From: Eledone cirrhosa | Lineage: Eukaryota | DNA length: 64,000 nt | Reading direction: 5' to 3' | Assembly (NCBI GenBank): GCA_964016885.1 | Contig: OZ024760.1 | Span: 3,348,001-3,412,000 of the forward strand | Shown: in pieces, positions 1 through 15,000 of the stretch | How positions within the stretch are numbered: position 1 is the first letter of the stretch | Layout of the letters: the number at the start of each line of letters is the position of its first letter | The notes under the pieces: generated by a model | Told to the model about the DNA's origin: nothing | What the model saw: the letters and a program-made list of their open reading frames with translations, nothing else | Databases searched by the model: none | Position numbers and translations under genes: made by a program

Positions 1-3000
1 TGGTATTGTTAGTGCTGATGGTGGTATTGGTATTGTTAGTGTTGATAGTGGTATTGGTATTGTTAGTACTGATGGTGGTATTGGTATTGTTAGTGCTGAT
101 GGTGGTATTGGTATTGTTAGTACTGATGGTGGTATTGGTATTGTTAGTACTGATGGTGGTATTGGTATTGTTAGTACTGATGGTGGTATTGGTATTGTTA
201 GTGTTGATGGTGGTATTGGTATTGTTAGTACTGATGGTGGTATTGGTATTGTTAGTACTGATGGTGGTATTGGTATTGTTAGTGTTGATGGTGGTATTGG
301 TATTGTTAGTGCTGATGGTGGTATTGGTATTGTTAGTACTGATGGTGGTATTGGTATTGTTAGTGTTGATGGTGGTATTGGTATTGTTAGTGCTGATGGT
401 GGTATTGGTATTGTTAGTGTTGATGGTGGTATTGGTATTGTTAGTGTTGATGGTGTTATTGGTATTGTTAGTACTGATGGTGGTATTGATATTGTTAGTG
501 CTGATGGTGTTATTGGTATTGTTAGTGCTGATGGTGGTATTGGTATTGTTAGTGCTGATGGTGGTATTGGTATTGTTAGTGTTGATAGTGGTATTAGTAT
601 TGTTAGTACTGATGGTGGTATTGGTATTGTTAGTGCTGATGGTGGTATTGGTATTGTTAGTGCTGATGGTGGTATTTTTAGTACTGATGGTGGTATTGGT
701 ATTGTTAGTACTGATGGTGGTTTTGGTATTGTTAGTACTGATGGTGGTATTGGTATTGTTAGTGTTGATGGTGGTATTGGTATTGTTAGTGCTGATGGTG
801 GTATTGGTATTGTTAGTACTGATGGTGGTATTGGTATTGTTAGTGTTGATGGTGGTATTGGTATTGTTAGTGCTGATGGTGGTATTGGTATTGTTAGTGT
901 TGATGGTGGTATTGGTATTGTTAGTGTTGATGGTGTTATTGGTATTGTTAGTACTGATGGTGGTATTGATATTGTTAGTGCTGATGGTGTTATTGGTATT
1001 GTTAGTGCTGATGGTGGTATTGGTATTGTTAGTGCTGATGGTGGTATTGGTATTGTTAGTGTTGATAGTGGTATTAGTATTGTTAGTACTGATGGTGGTA
1101 TTGGTATTGTTAGTGCTGATGGTGGTATTGGTATTGTTAGTGCTGATGGTGGTATTTTTAGTACTGATGGTGGTATTGGTATTGTTAGTACTGATGGTGG
1201 TTTTGGTATTGTTAGTACTGATGGTGGTATTGGTATTGTTAGTGGCGATGGTATAATTGGTATTGTTAGTGCTGATGGTGGTATTGGTATTGTTAGTGCT
1301 GATGGTGCTGATGGTGGTATTGGTATGGTTAGTACTGATGGTGGTATTGGTATTGTTAGTGCTGATGGTGTTATTGGTACTGTTGGTACTGATGGTGGTA
1401 TTGGTATTGTTAGTACTGGTGGGGGTATTGGTATTCTTAGTACTGATGGTGGTATTGGTATTGTTAGTACTGATGGTGGTACTGGTATTATTAGTGCTGA
1501 TGGTGGTATTGGTATTGTTAGTGCTGATGGTGGTATTGGTATTGTTAGTACAGATGGTGGTATTGGGATTGTTAGTGCTGATGGTGGGAATGGTATTGTT
1601 AGTACTGATGGTGGTATTGGTATTGCTAGTACTGATGGTGGTATTGGTATTGTTAGTGGTGATGGTGGTATTGGTATTGTTAGTGGTGATGGTGTTATCG
1701 GTATTGTTAGTGCTGATGGTGGTATTGGTATTGTTAGTACTGGTGGTGGTATTGGTATTGTTAGTACTGATGGTGGTATTGGAATTGTTAGTACTGGTGG
1801 TGGTATTGGTATTGTTAGTACTGATGGTGGTATTGGTACTGTTAGTACTGTTGGTGGTATTGGTATTGTTAGTACTGATGGTGGTATTGGTATTCTTAGT
1901 ACTGATGGTGGTATTGGTATTGTTAGTACTGATGGTGGTATTGGTATTGTTAGTACTGATGGTGGTATTGGTATAGTTAGTACTGATGGTGGTATTGGTA
2001 TTGTTAGTGCTGATGGTGGTATTGGTATTGCTGATGGTGGTATCGGTATTGTTAGTGCTGATGGTGGTATTCGTATTCTTAGTACTGATGGTGGTATTGG
2101 TATCGTTAGTGCTGATGGTGTTATTGGTATTGTTAGTACTGATGGTGTTATTTGTATTGTTATAACTGATGGTGGTATTGGTATTGTTGGTACTGGTGGT
2201 GGTATTGGTATTGTTAGTACTGATGGTGGTATTGATATTGTTAGTGCTGATAGTGGTATTGGTATTGTTAGTATTGATGGTGGTATTGGTATTGTTAGTA
2301 CTGGTGGTGGTATTGGTATTGTTAGTACTGATGGTGGTATTGGTATTGTTAGTGCTGATGGTGGTATTGGTATTGTTAGTACTGATGGTGGTATTGCTAT
2401 TGTTAGTGCTGATTGTGGTATTGGTATTGTTAGTACTGACGTCGATATTGGTATTGTTAGTGATGATGGTGGTATTGGTATTTTTAGTACTGATGGTGGT
2501 ATTGTATTGTTAGTACTGATGGTGGTATTGGTATTGTTAGTACTGATGATGGTATTGGTATTGTTAGTGCTGATGGTGGTATTGGTATTGTTAGTACTGA
2601 TGGTGATATTGGTATTGTTAGTACTGATGATGGTATTGGTATTGTTAGTGCTGATGGTGGTATGGGTATTGTTAGTACTGATGGTGGTATTGGTATTGTT
2701 AGTACTGATGGTGGTATTGGTATTGTTAGTACTGATGGTGGTATTGGTATTGTTAGTACTGATGGTGGTATTGGTATTGTTAGTACTGATGGTGGTATTG
2801 GTATTGTTAGTGATGATGGTGTTATTGGTATTGTTAGTAATGATGGTTGTATTGGTATTGTTAGTACTGACGTTGATATTGGTATTGTTAGTACTGATGG
2901 TGGTATTGGTATTGTTAGTACTGATGGTGGTATTGGTATTGTTAGTGCTGATGGTGGTATGGGTATTGTTAGTACTGATGGTGGTATTGGTATTGTTAGT

Positions 3001-6000
3001 GCTGATGGTGGTATTGGTATTGTTAGTACTGATGGTGGTATTGGTATTGTTAGTACTGATGGTGGTATTGGTATTGTTAGTACTGATGGTGGTATTGGTA
3101 TTGTTAGTGTTGATGGTGGTATTGGTATTGTTAGTACTGATGGTGGTATTGGTATTGTTAGTACTGATGGTGGTATTGGTATTGTTAGTGTTGATGGTGG
3201 TATTGGTATTGTTAGTGCTGATGGTGGTATTGGTATTGTTAGTACTGATGGTGGTATTGGTATTGTTAGTGTTGATGGTGGTATTGGTATTGTTAGTGCT
3301 GATGGTGGTATTGGTATTGTTAGTGTTGATGGTGGTATTGGTATTGTTAGTGTTGATGGTGTTATTGGTATTGTTAGTACTGATGGTGGTATTGATATTG
3401 TTAGTGCTGATGGTGTTATTGGTATTGTTAGTGCTGATGGTGGTATTGGTATTGTTAGTGCTGATGGTGGTATTGGTATTGTTAGTGTTGATAGTGGTAT
3501 TAGTATTGTTAGTACTGATGGTGGTATTGGTATTGTTAGTGCTGATGGTGGTATTGGTATTGTTAGTGCTGATGGTGGTATTTTTAGTACTGATGGTGGT
3601 ATTGGTATTGTTAGTACTGATGGTGGTTTTGGTATTGTTAGTACTGATGGTGGTATTGGTATTGTTAGTGCTGATGGTGCTGATGGTGGTATTGGTATGG
3701 TTAGTACTGATGGTGGTATTGGTATTGTTAGTGCTGATGGTGTTATTGGTACTGTTGGTACTGATGGTGGTATTGGTATTCTTAGTACTGATGGTGGTAT
3801 TGGTATTGTTAGTACTGATAGGTGGTACTGGTATTATTAGTGCTGATGGTGGTATTGGTATTGTTAGTGCTGATGGTGGTATTGGTATTGTTAGTACAGA
3901 TGGTGGTATTGGGATTGTTAGTGCTGATGGTGGGAATGGTATTGTTAGTACTGATGGTGGTATTGGTATTGCTAGTACTGATGGTGGTATTGGTATTGTT
4001 AGTGGTGATGGTGGTATTGGTATTGTTAGTGGTGATGGTGTTATCGGTATTGTTAATGCTGATGGTGGTATTGGTATTGTTAGTACTGGTGGTGGTATTG
4101 GTATTGTTAGTACTGATGGTGGTATTGGAATTGTTAGTACTGGTGGTGGTATTGGTATTGTTAGTACTGATGGTGGTATTGGTACTGTTAGTACTGTTGG
4201 TGGTATTGGTATTGTTAGTACTGATGGTGGTATTGGTATTCTTAGTACTGATGGTGGTATTGGTATTGTTAGTACTGATGGTGGTATTGGTATTGTTAGT
4301 ACTGATGGTGGTATTGGTATAGTTAGTACTGATGGTGGTATTGGTATTGTTAGTGCTGATGGTGGTATTGGTATTGCTGATGGTGGTATTGGTATTGTTA
4401 GTACTGATGGTGGCATTTGTATTGTTAGTGCTGATGGTGGTATTGGTATTGTTAGTGCTGATGGTGGTATTCGTATTCTTAGTACTGATGGTGGTATTGG
4501 TATTGTTAGTGCTGATGGTGTTATTGGTATTGTTAGTACTGATGGTGTTATTTGTATTGTTATAACTGATGGTGGTATTGGTATTGTTGGTACTGGTGGT
4601 GGTATTGGTATTGTTAGTACTGATGGTGGTATTGATATTGTTAGTGCTGATGGTGGTATTGGTATTGTTAGTACTGATGGTGGTATTGGTATTGTTAGTA
4701 CTGGTGGTTGTATTGGTATTGTTAGTACTGATGGTGGTATTGGTATTGTTAGTGCTGATGGTGGTATTGGTATTGTTAGTACTGATGGTGGTATTGCTAT
4801 TGTTAGTGCTGATTGTGGTATTGGTATTGTTAGTACTGACGTCGATATTGGTATTGTTAGTGATGAGGGTGGTATTGGTATTTTTAGTACTGATGGTGGT
4901 ATTGTATTGTTAGTACTGATGGTGGTATTGGTATTGTTAGTACTGATGATGTTATTGGTATTGTTAGTGCTGATGATGGTATTGGTATTGTTAGTGCTGA
5001 TGGTGGTATGGGTATTGTTAGTACTGATGGTGGTATTGGTATTGTTAGTACTGATGGTGGTATTGGTATTGTTAGTACTGATGGTGGTATTGGTATTGTT
5101 AGTACTGATGGTGGTATTGGTATTGTTAGTGATGATGGTGTTATTGGTATTGTTAGTACTGATGGTTGTATTGGTATTGTTAGTACAGACGTTGATATTG
5201 GTATTGTTAGTACTGATGGTGGTATTGGTATTGTTAGTACTGATGGTGGTATTGGTATTGTTAGTGCTGATGGTGGTATGGGTATTGTTAGTACTGATGG
5301 TGGTATTGGTATTGTTAGTGCTGATGGTGGTATTGGTATTGTTAGTACTGATGGTGGTATTGGTATTGTTAGTACTGATGGTGGTATTGGTATTGTTAGT
5401 ACTGATGGTGGTATTGGTATTGTTAGTACTGATGGTGGTATTGGTATTGCTGATGGTGGTATTGGTATTGTTAGTACTGATGGTGGTATTGGTATTCTTA
5501 GTACTGATGGTGGTATTGTTATTATTAGTGCTGATGGTGGTATGGGTATTGTTAGTGCTGATGGTGGTATTGGTATTGTTAGTACTGGTTGTGGTATTGG
5601 TATTGTTAGTACTGATGGTGGTATTGGTATTGTTAATGCTGATGGTGCTATTGGTATTGTTAGTACTGATGGTGGTATTGGTATTGTTAGTACTGATGGT
5701 GGTATTGGTATTGTTAGTACTGATGGTGGTATTGGTATTGTTAGTACAGATGGTGGTATTGGTATTGTTAGTGCTGATGGTGTTATTGGTATTGTTAGTA
5801 CTGATGGTGGTATTGATATTGTTAGTGCTGATGGTGGTATTGGTATTGTTAGTACTGATGGTGGTATCGGTATTGTTAGTACTGGTGGTGGTATTGGTAT
5901 TGTTAGTACTGATGGTGGTATTGGTATTGTTACTGCTGATGGTGGTATTGGTATTGTTAGTGCTGATGGTGGTATTGGTATTGTTAGTACTGACGTCGAT

Positions 6001-9000
6001 ATTGGTATTGTTAGTGATGATGGTGGTATTGGTATTGTTAGTACTGATGGTGGTATTGTATTGTTAGTACTGATGGTGGTATTGGTATTGTTAGTACTGA
6101 TGATGGTATTGGTATTGTTAGTGCTGATAGTGGTATTGGTATTGTTAGTACTGATGGTGATATTGGTATTGTTAGTACTGATGATGGTATTGTTATTGTT
6201 AGAGCTGATGGTGGTATGGGTATTGTTAGTACTGATGGTGGTATTGGTATTGTTAGTACTGATGGTGGTATTGGTATTGTTAGTACTGATGGTGGTATTG
6301 GTATTGTTAGTGCTGATGGTGGTATTGGTATTGTTAGTACTGATGGTGGTATTGGTATTGTTAGTACTGATAGTGGTATTGGTATTGTTAGTGGTGATGG
6401 TGGTATTGGTATTGTTAGTGCTGATGGTGGTATTGGTATTGTTAGTACTGATGGTGGTATTGGTATTGTTAGTACTGATGGTTGTATTGGTACTGTTAGT
6501 ACTGTTGGTGGTATTGGTATTGTTAGTGCTGATGGTGGTATTGGTATTGTTAGTGCTGATAGTGGTATTGGTATTGTTAGTACTGATGGTGGTATCGTTA
6601 TTGTTAGTGCTGATGGTGGTATTGGTATTGTTAGTGCTGATGGGGGTATTGGTATTGTTAGTACTGATGGTGGTATTGGTATTACTGATGCTGGTATTTG
6701 TATTGTTAGTACTGATGGTGGTATTGGTATTGTTAGTACTGATGGTGGTATTGGTATTGTTAGTACTGATGGTGGTATTGGTATTGTTAGTGCTGATGGT
6801 GGTATTGGTATTGTTAGTGCTGATGGTGGTATTGGTATTGTTAGTACTGATGGTGGTATTGCTATTGTTAGTACTGATGGTGGCATTGGTATTGTTAGGC
6901 TGATGGTGGTATTGGTATTGTTAGTACTGATGGTGGCATTTGTATTGTTAGTGCTGATGGTGGTATTGGTATTGTTAGTGCTGATGGTGGTATTCGTATT
7001 CTTAGTACTGATGGTGGTATTGGTATCGTTAGTGCTGATGCTGTTATTGGTATTGTTAGTACTGATGGTGTTATTTGTATTGTTATAACTGATGGTGGTA
7101 TTGGTATTGTTGGTACTGGTGGTGGTATTGGTATTGTTAGTACTGATGGCGCTATTGATATTGTTAGTGCTGATGGTGGTATTGGTATTGTTAGTACTGA
7201 TGGTGGTATTGGTATTGTTAGTACTGGTGGTGGTATTGGTATTGTTAGTACTGATGGTGGTATTGGGATTGTTAGTGCTGATGGTGGTATTGGTATTGTT
7301 AGTACTGATGGTGGTATTGCTATTGTTAGTGCTGATGATAGTATTGGTATTGTTAGTACTGACGTCGATATTGGTATTGTTAGTGATGATGGTGGTATTG
7401 GTATTGTTAGTACTGATGGTGGTATTGTATTGTTAGTACTGATGGTGGTATTGGTATTGTTAGTACTGATGATGGTATTGGTATTGTTAGTGCTGATGGT
7501 GGTATTGGTATTGTTAGTACTGATGGTGATATTGGTATTGTTAGTACTGATGATGGTATTGGTATTGTTAGTGCTGATGGTGGTATTGGTATTGTTAGTG
7601 ATGATGGTGTTATTGGTATTGTTAGTACTGATGGTTGTATTGGTATTGTTAGTACTGACGTTGATATTGGTATTGTTAGTACTGATGGTGGTATTGGTAT
7701 TCTTAGTACTGATGGTGGTATTGGTATTCTTAGTACTGATGGTGGTATTGGTATTGTTAGTACTGATAGGTGGTACTGGTATTATTAGTGCTGATGGTGG
7801 TATTGGTATTGTTAGTGCTGATGGTGGTATTGGTATTGTTAGTACAGATGGTGGTATTGGGATTGTTAGTGCTGATGGTGGGAATGGTATTGTTAGTACT
7901 GATGGTGGTATTGGTATTGCTAGTACTGATGGTGGTATTGGTATTGTTAGTGGTGATGGTGGTATTGGTATTGTTAGTGGTGATGGTGTTATCGGTATTG
8001 TTAATGCTGATGGTGGTATTGGTATTGTTAGTACTGGTGGTGGTATTGGTATTGTTAGTACTGATGGTGGTATTGGAATTGTTAGTACTGGTGGTGGTAT
8101 TGGTATTGTTAGTACTGATGGTGGTATTGGTACTGTTAGTACTGTTGGTGGTATTGGTATTGTTAGTACTGATGGTGGTATTGGTATTCTTAGTACTGAT
8201 GGTGGTATTGGTATTGTTAGTACTGATGGTGGTATTGGTATTGTTAGTACTGATGGTGGTATTGGTATAGTTAGTACTGATGGTGGTATTGGTATTGTTA
8301 GTGCTGATGGTGGTATTGGTATTGCTGATGGTGGTATTGGTATTGTTAGTACTGATGGTGGCATTTGTATTGTTAGTGCTGATGGTGGTATTGGTATTGT
8401 TAGTGCTGATGGTGGTATTCGTATTCTTAGTACTGATGGTGGTATTGGTATTGTTAGTGCTGATGGTGTTATTGGTATTGTTAGTACTGATGGTGTTATT
8501 TGTATTGTTATAACTGATGGTGGTATTGGTATTGTTGGTACTGGTGGTGGTATTGGTATTGTTAGTACTGATGGTGGTATTGATATTGTTAGTGCTGATG
8601 GTGGTATTGGTATTGTTAGTACTGATGGTGGTATTGGTATTGTTAGTACTGGTGGTTGTATTGGTATTGTTAGTACTGATGGTGGTATTGGTATTGTTAG
8701 TGCTGATGGTGGTATTGGTATTGTTAGTACTGATGGTGGTATTGCTATTGTTAGTGCTGATTGTGGTATTGGTATTGTTAGTACTGACGTCGATATTGGT
8801 ATTGTTAGTGATGAGGGTGGTATTGGTATTTTTAGTACTGATGGTGGTATTGTATTGTTAGTACTGATGGTGGTATTGGTATTGTTAGTACTGATGATGT
8901 TATTGGTATTGTTAGTGCTGATGATGGTATTGGTATTGTTAGTGCTGATGGTGGTATGGGTATTGTTAGTACTGATGGTGGTATTGGTATTGTTAGTACT

Positions 9001-12000
9001 GATGGTGGTATTGGTATTGTTAGTACTGATGGTGGTATTGGTATTGTTAGTACTGATGGTGGTATTGGTATTGTTAGTGATGATGGTGTTATTGGTATTG
9101 TTAGTACTGATGGTTGTATTGGTATTGTTAGTACAGACGTTGATATTGGTATTGTTAGTACTGATGGTGGTATTGGTATTGTTAGTACTGATGGTGGTAT
9201 TGGTATTGTTAGTGCTGATGGTGGTATGGGTATTGTTAGTACTGATGGTGGTATTGGTATTGTTAGTGCTGATGGTGGTATTGGTATTGTTAGTACTGAT
9301 GGTGGTATTGGTATTGTTAGTACTGATGGTGGTATTGGTATTGTTAGTACTGATGGTGGTATTGGTATTGTTAGTACTGATGGTGGTATTGGTATTGCTG
9401 ATGGTGGTATTGGTATTGTTAGTACTGATGGTGGTATTGGTATTCTTAGTACTGATGGTGGTATTGTTATTATTAGTGCTGATGGTGGTATGGGTATTGT
9501 TAGTGCTGATGGTGGTATTGGTATTGTTAGTACTGGTTGTGGTATTGGTATTGTTAGTACTGATGGTGGTATTGGTATTGTTAATGCTGATGGTGCTATT
9601 GGTATTGTTAGTACTGATGGTGGTATTGGTATTGTTAGTACTGATGGTGGTATTGGTATTGTTAGTACTGATGGTGGTATTGGTATTGTTAGTACAGATG
9701 GTGGTATTGGTATTGTTAGTGCTGATGGTGTTATTGGTATTGTTAGTACTGATGGTGGTATTGATATTGTTAGTGCTGATGGTGGTATTGGTATTGTTAG
9801 TACTGATGGTGGTATCGGTATTGTTAGTACTGGTGGTGGTATTGGTATTGTTAGTACTGATGGTGGTATTGGTATTGTTACTGCTGATGGTGGTATTGGT
9901 ATTGTTAGTGCTGATGGTGGTATTGGTATTGTTAGTACTGACGTCGATATTGGTATTGTTAGTGATGATGGTGGTATTGGTATTGTTAGTACTGATGGTG
10001 GTATTGTATTGTTAGTACTGATGGTGGTATTGGTATTGTTAGTACTGATGATGGTATTGGTATTGTTAGTGCTGATAGTGGTATTGGTATTGTTAGTACT
10101 GATGGTGATATTGGTATTGTTAGTACTGATGATGGTATTGTTATTGTTAGAGCTGATGGTGGTATGGGTATTGTTAGTACTGATGGTGGTATTGGTATTG
10201 TTAGTACTGATGGTGGTATTGGTATTGTTAGTACTGATGGTGGTATTGGTATTGTTAGTGCTGATGGTGGTATTGGTATTGTTAGTACTGATGGTGGTAT
10301 TGGTATTGTTAGTACTGATAGTGGTATTGGTATTGTTAGTGGTGATGGTGGTATTGGTATTGTTAGTGCTGATGGTGGTATTGGTATTGTTAGTACTGAT
10401 GGTGGTATTGGTATTGTTAGTACTGATGGTTGTATTGGTACTGTTAGTACTGTTGGTGGTATTGGTATTGTTAGTGCTGATGGTGGTATTGGTATTGTTA
10501 GTGCTGATAGTGGTATTGGTATTGTTAGTACTGATGGTGGTATCGTTATTGTTAGTGCTGATGGTGGTATTGGTATTGTTAGTGCTGATGGGGGTATTGG
10601 TATTGTTAGTACTGATGGTGGTATTGGTATTACTGATGCTGGTATTTGTATTGTTAGTACTGATGGTGGTATTGGTATTGTTAGTACTGATGGTGGTATT
10701 GGTATTGTTAGTACTGATGGTGGTATTGGTATTGTTAGTGCTGATGGTGGTATTGGTATTGTTAGTGCTGATGGTGGTATTGGTATTGTTAGTACTGATG
10801 GTGGTATTGCTATTGTTAGTACTGATGGTGGCATTGGTATTGTTAGGCTGATGGTGGTATTGGTATTGTTAGTACTGATGGTGGCATTTGTATTGTTAGT
10901 GCTGATGGTGGTATTGGTATTGTTAGTGCTGATGGTGGTATTCGTATTCTTAGTACTGATGGTGGTATTGGTATCGTTAGTGCTGATGCTGTTATTGGTA
11001 TTGTTAGTACTGATGGTGTTATTTGTATTGTTATAACTGATGGTGGTATTGGTATTGTTGGTACTGGTGGTGGTATTGGTATTGTTAGTACTGATGGCGC
11101 TATTGATATTGTTAGTGCTGATGGTGGTATTGGTATTGTTAGTACTGATGGTGGTATTGGTATTGTTAGTACTGGTGGTGGTATTGGTATTGTTAGTACT
11201 GATGGTGGTATTGGGATTGTTAGTGCTGATGGTGGTATTGGTATTGTTAGTACTGATGGTGGTATTGCTATTGTTAGTGCTGATGATAGTATTGGTATTG
11301 TTAGTACTGACGTCGATATTGGTATTGTTAGTGATGATGGTGGTATTGGTATTGTTAGTACTGATGGTGGTATTGTATTGTTAGTACTGATGGTGGTATT
11401 GGTATTGTTAGTACTGATGATGGTATTGGTATTGTTAGTGCTGATGGTGGTATTGGTATTGTTAGTACTGATGGTGATATTGGTATTGTTAGTACTGATG
11501 ATGGTATTGGTATTGTTAGTGCTGATGGTGGTATTGGTATTGTTAGTGATGATGGTGTTATTGGTATTGTTAGTACTGATGGTTGTATTGGTATTGTTAG
11601 TACTGACGTTGATATTGGTATTGTTAGTACTGATGGTGGTATTGGTATTCTTAGTACTGATGGTGGTATTGGTATTGTTAGTGCTGATGGTGGTATGGGT
11701 ATTGTTAGTACTGATGGTGGTATTGGTATTGTTAGTGCTGATGGTGGTATTGGTATTGTTAGTACTGATGGTGGTATTGGTATTGTTAGTACTGATGGTG
11801 GTATTGGTATTGTTAGTACTGATGGTGGTATTGGTATTGTTAGTACTGATGGTGGTATTGGTATTGCTGATGGTGGTATTGGTATTGTTAGTACTGATGG
11901 TGGTATTGGTATTCTTAGTACTGATGGTGGTATTGGTATTATTAGTGCTGATGGTGGTATGGGTATTGTTAGTGCTGATGGTGGTATTGGTATTATTAGT

Positions 12001-15000
12001 ACTGATGGTGGTATTGGTATTATTAGTGCTGATGGTGGTATTGGTATTGTTAGTGCTGATGGTGTTATTGGTATTGTTTGTACTGATGGTGGTATTGATA
12101 TTGTTAGTGCTGATGGTGGTATTGGTATTGTTAGTACTGATGGTGGTATTGGTATTGTTAGTACTGGTGGTGGTATTGGTATTGTTAGTACTGATGGTGG
12201 TACTGGTATTGTTAGTGCTGATGGTGGTATTGGTATTGTTAGTACTGATGGTGGTATTGCTATTGTTAGTGCTGATGGTGGTATTGGTATTGTTAGTACT
12301 GACGTCGATATTGGTATTGTTAGTGATGATGGTGGTATTGGTATTGTTAGTACTGATGGTGGTATTGTATTGTTAGTACTGATGGTGGTATTGGTATTGT
12401 TAGTACTGATGGTGGTATTGGTATTCTTAGTACTGATGGTGGTATTGGTATTGTTAGTACTGATGGTGGTATTGGTATTGTTAGTACTGATGGTGGTATT
12501 GGTATAGTTAGTACTGATGGTGGTATTGGTATTGTTAGTGCTGATGGTGGTATTGGTATTGCTGATGGTGGTATTGGTATTGTTAGTACTGATGGTGGCA
12601 TTTGTATTGTTAGTGCTGATGGTGGTATTGGTATTGTTAGTGCTGATGGTGGTATTCGTATTCTTAGTACTGATGGTGGTATTGGTATTGTTAGTGCTGA
12701 TGGTGTTATTGGTATTGTTAGTACTGATGGTGTTATTTGTATTGTTATAACTGATGGTGGTATTGGTATTGTTGGTACTGGTGGTGGTATTGGTATTGTT
12801 AGTACTGATGGTGGTATTGATATTGTTAGTGCTGATGGTGGTATTGGTATTGTTAGTACTGATGGTGGTATTGGTATTGTTAGTACTGGTGGTGGTATTG
12901 GTAGTGTTAGTACTGATGGTGGTATTGGTATTGTTAGTGCTGATGGTGGTATTGGTATTGTTAGTACTGATGGTGGTATTGCTATTGTTAGTGCTGATTG
13001 TGGTATTGGTATTGTTAGTACTGACGTCGATATTGGTATTGTTAGTGATGATGGTGGTATTGGTATTTTTAGTACTGATGGTGGTATTGTATTGTTAGTA
13101 CTGATGGTGGTATTGGTATTGTTAGTACTGATGATGGTATTGGTATTGTTAGTGCTGATGATGGTATTGGTATTGTTAGTGCTGATGGTGGTATGGGTAT
13201 TGTTAGTACTGATGGTGGTATTGGTATTGTTAGTACTGATGGTGGTATTGGTATTGTTAGTACTGATGGTGGTATTGGTATTGTTAGTACTGATGGTGGT
13301 ATTGGTATTGTTAGTGATGATGGTGTTATTGGTATTGTTAGTACTGATGGTTGTATTGGTATTGTTAGTACTGACGTTGATATTGGTATTGTTAGTACTG
13401 ATGGTGGTATTGGTATTGTTAGTACTGATGGTGGTATTGGTATTGTTAGTGCTGATGGTGGTATGGGTATTGTTAGTACTGATGGTGGTATTGGTATTGT
13501 TAGTGCTGATGGTGGTATTGGTATTGTTAGTACTGATGGTGGTATTGGTATTGTTAGTACTGATGGTGGTATTGGTATTGTTAGTACTGATGGTGGTATT
13601 GGTATTGTTAGTACTGATGGTGGTATTGGTATTGCTGATGGTGGTATTGGTATTGTTAGTACTGATGGTGGTATTGGTATTCTTAGTACTGATGGTGGTA
13701 TTGGTATTATTAGTGCTGATGGTGGTATGGGTATTGTTAGTGTTGATGGTGGTATTGGTATTGTTAGTACTGGTTGTGGTATTGGTATTGTTAGTACTGA
13801 TGGTGGTATTGGTATTGTTAATGCTGATGGTGCTATTGGTATTGTTAGTACTGATGGTGGTATTGGTATTGTTAGTACTGATGGTGGTATTGGTATTGTT
13901 AGTACTGATGGTGGTATTGGTATTGTTAGTACAGATGGTGGTATTGGTATTGTTAGTGCTGATGGTGTTATTGGTATTGTTAGTACTGATGGTGGTATTG
14001 ATATTGTTAGTGCTGATGGTGGTATTGGTATTGTTAGTACTGATGGTGGTATTGGTATTGTTAGTACTGGTGGTGGTATTGGTATTGTTAGTACTGATGG
14101 TGGTATTGGTATTGTTAGTGCTGATGGTGGTATTGGTATTGTTAGTGCTGATGGTGGTATTGGTATTGTTAGTACTGACGTCGATACTGGTATTGTTAGT
14201 GATGATGGTGGTATTGGTATTGTTAGTACTGATGGTGGTATTGTATTGTTAGTACTGATGGTGGTATTGGTATTGTTAGTACTGATGATGGTATTGGTAT
14301 TGTTAGTGCTGATAGTGGTATTGGTATTGTTAGTACTGATGGTGATATTGGTATTGTTAGTACTGATGATGGTATTGTTATTGTTAGAGCTGATGGTGGT
14401 ATGGGTATTGTTAGTACTGATGGTGGTATTGGTATTGTTAGTACTGATGGTGGTATTGGTATTGTTAGTACTGATGGTGGTATTGGTATTGTTAGTGCTG
14501 ATGGTGGTATTGGTATTGTTAGTACTGATGGTGGTATTGGTATTGTTAGTACTGATGGTGGTATTGGTATTGTTAGTGGTGATGGTGGTATTGGTATTGT
14601 TAGTGCTGATGGTGGTATTGGTATTGTTAGTACTGATGGTGGTATTGGTATTGTTAGTACTGATGGTTGTATTGGTACTGTTAGTACTGTTGGTGGTATT
14701 GGTATTGTTAGTGCTGATGGTGGTATTGGTATTGTTAGTGCTGATAGTGGTATTGGTATTGTTAGTACTGATGGTGGTATCGTTATTGTTAGTGCTGATG
14801 GTGGTATTGGTATTGTTAGTGCTGATGGGGGTATTGGTATTGTTAGTACTGATGGTGGTATTGGTATTACTGATGCTGGTATTTGTATTGTTAGTACTGA
14901 TGGTGGTATTGGTATTGTTAGTACTGATGGTGGTATTGGTATTGTTAGTACTGATGGTGGTATTGGTATTGTTAGTGCTGATGGTGGTATTGGTATTGTT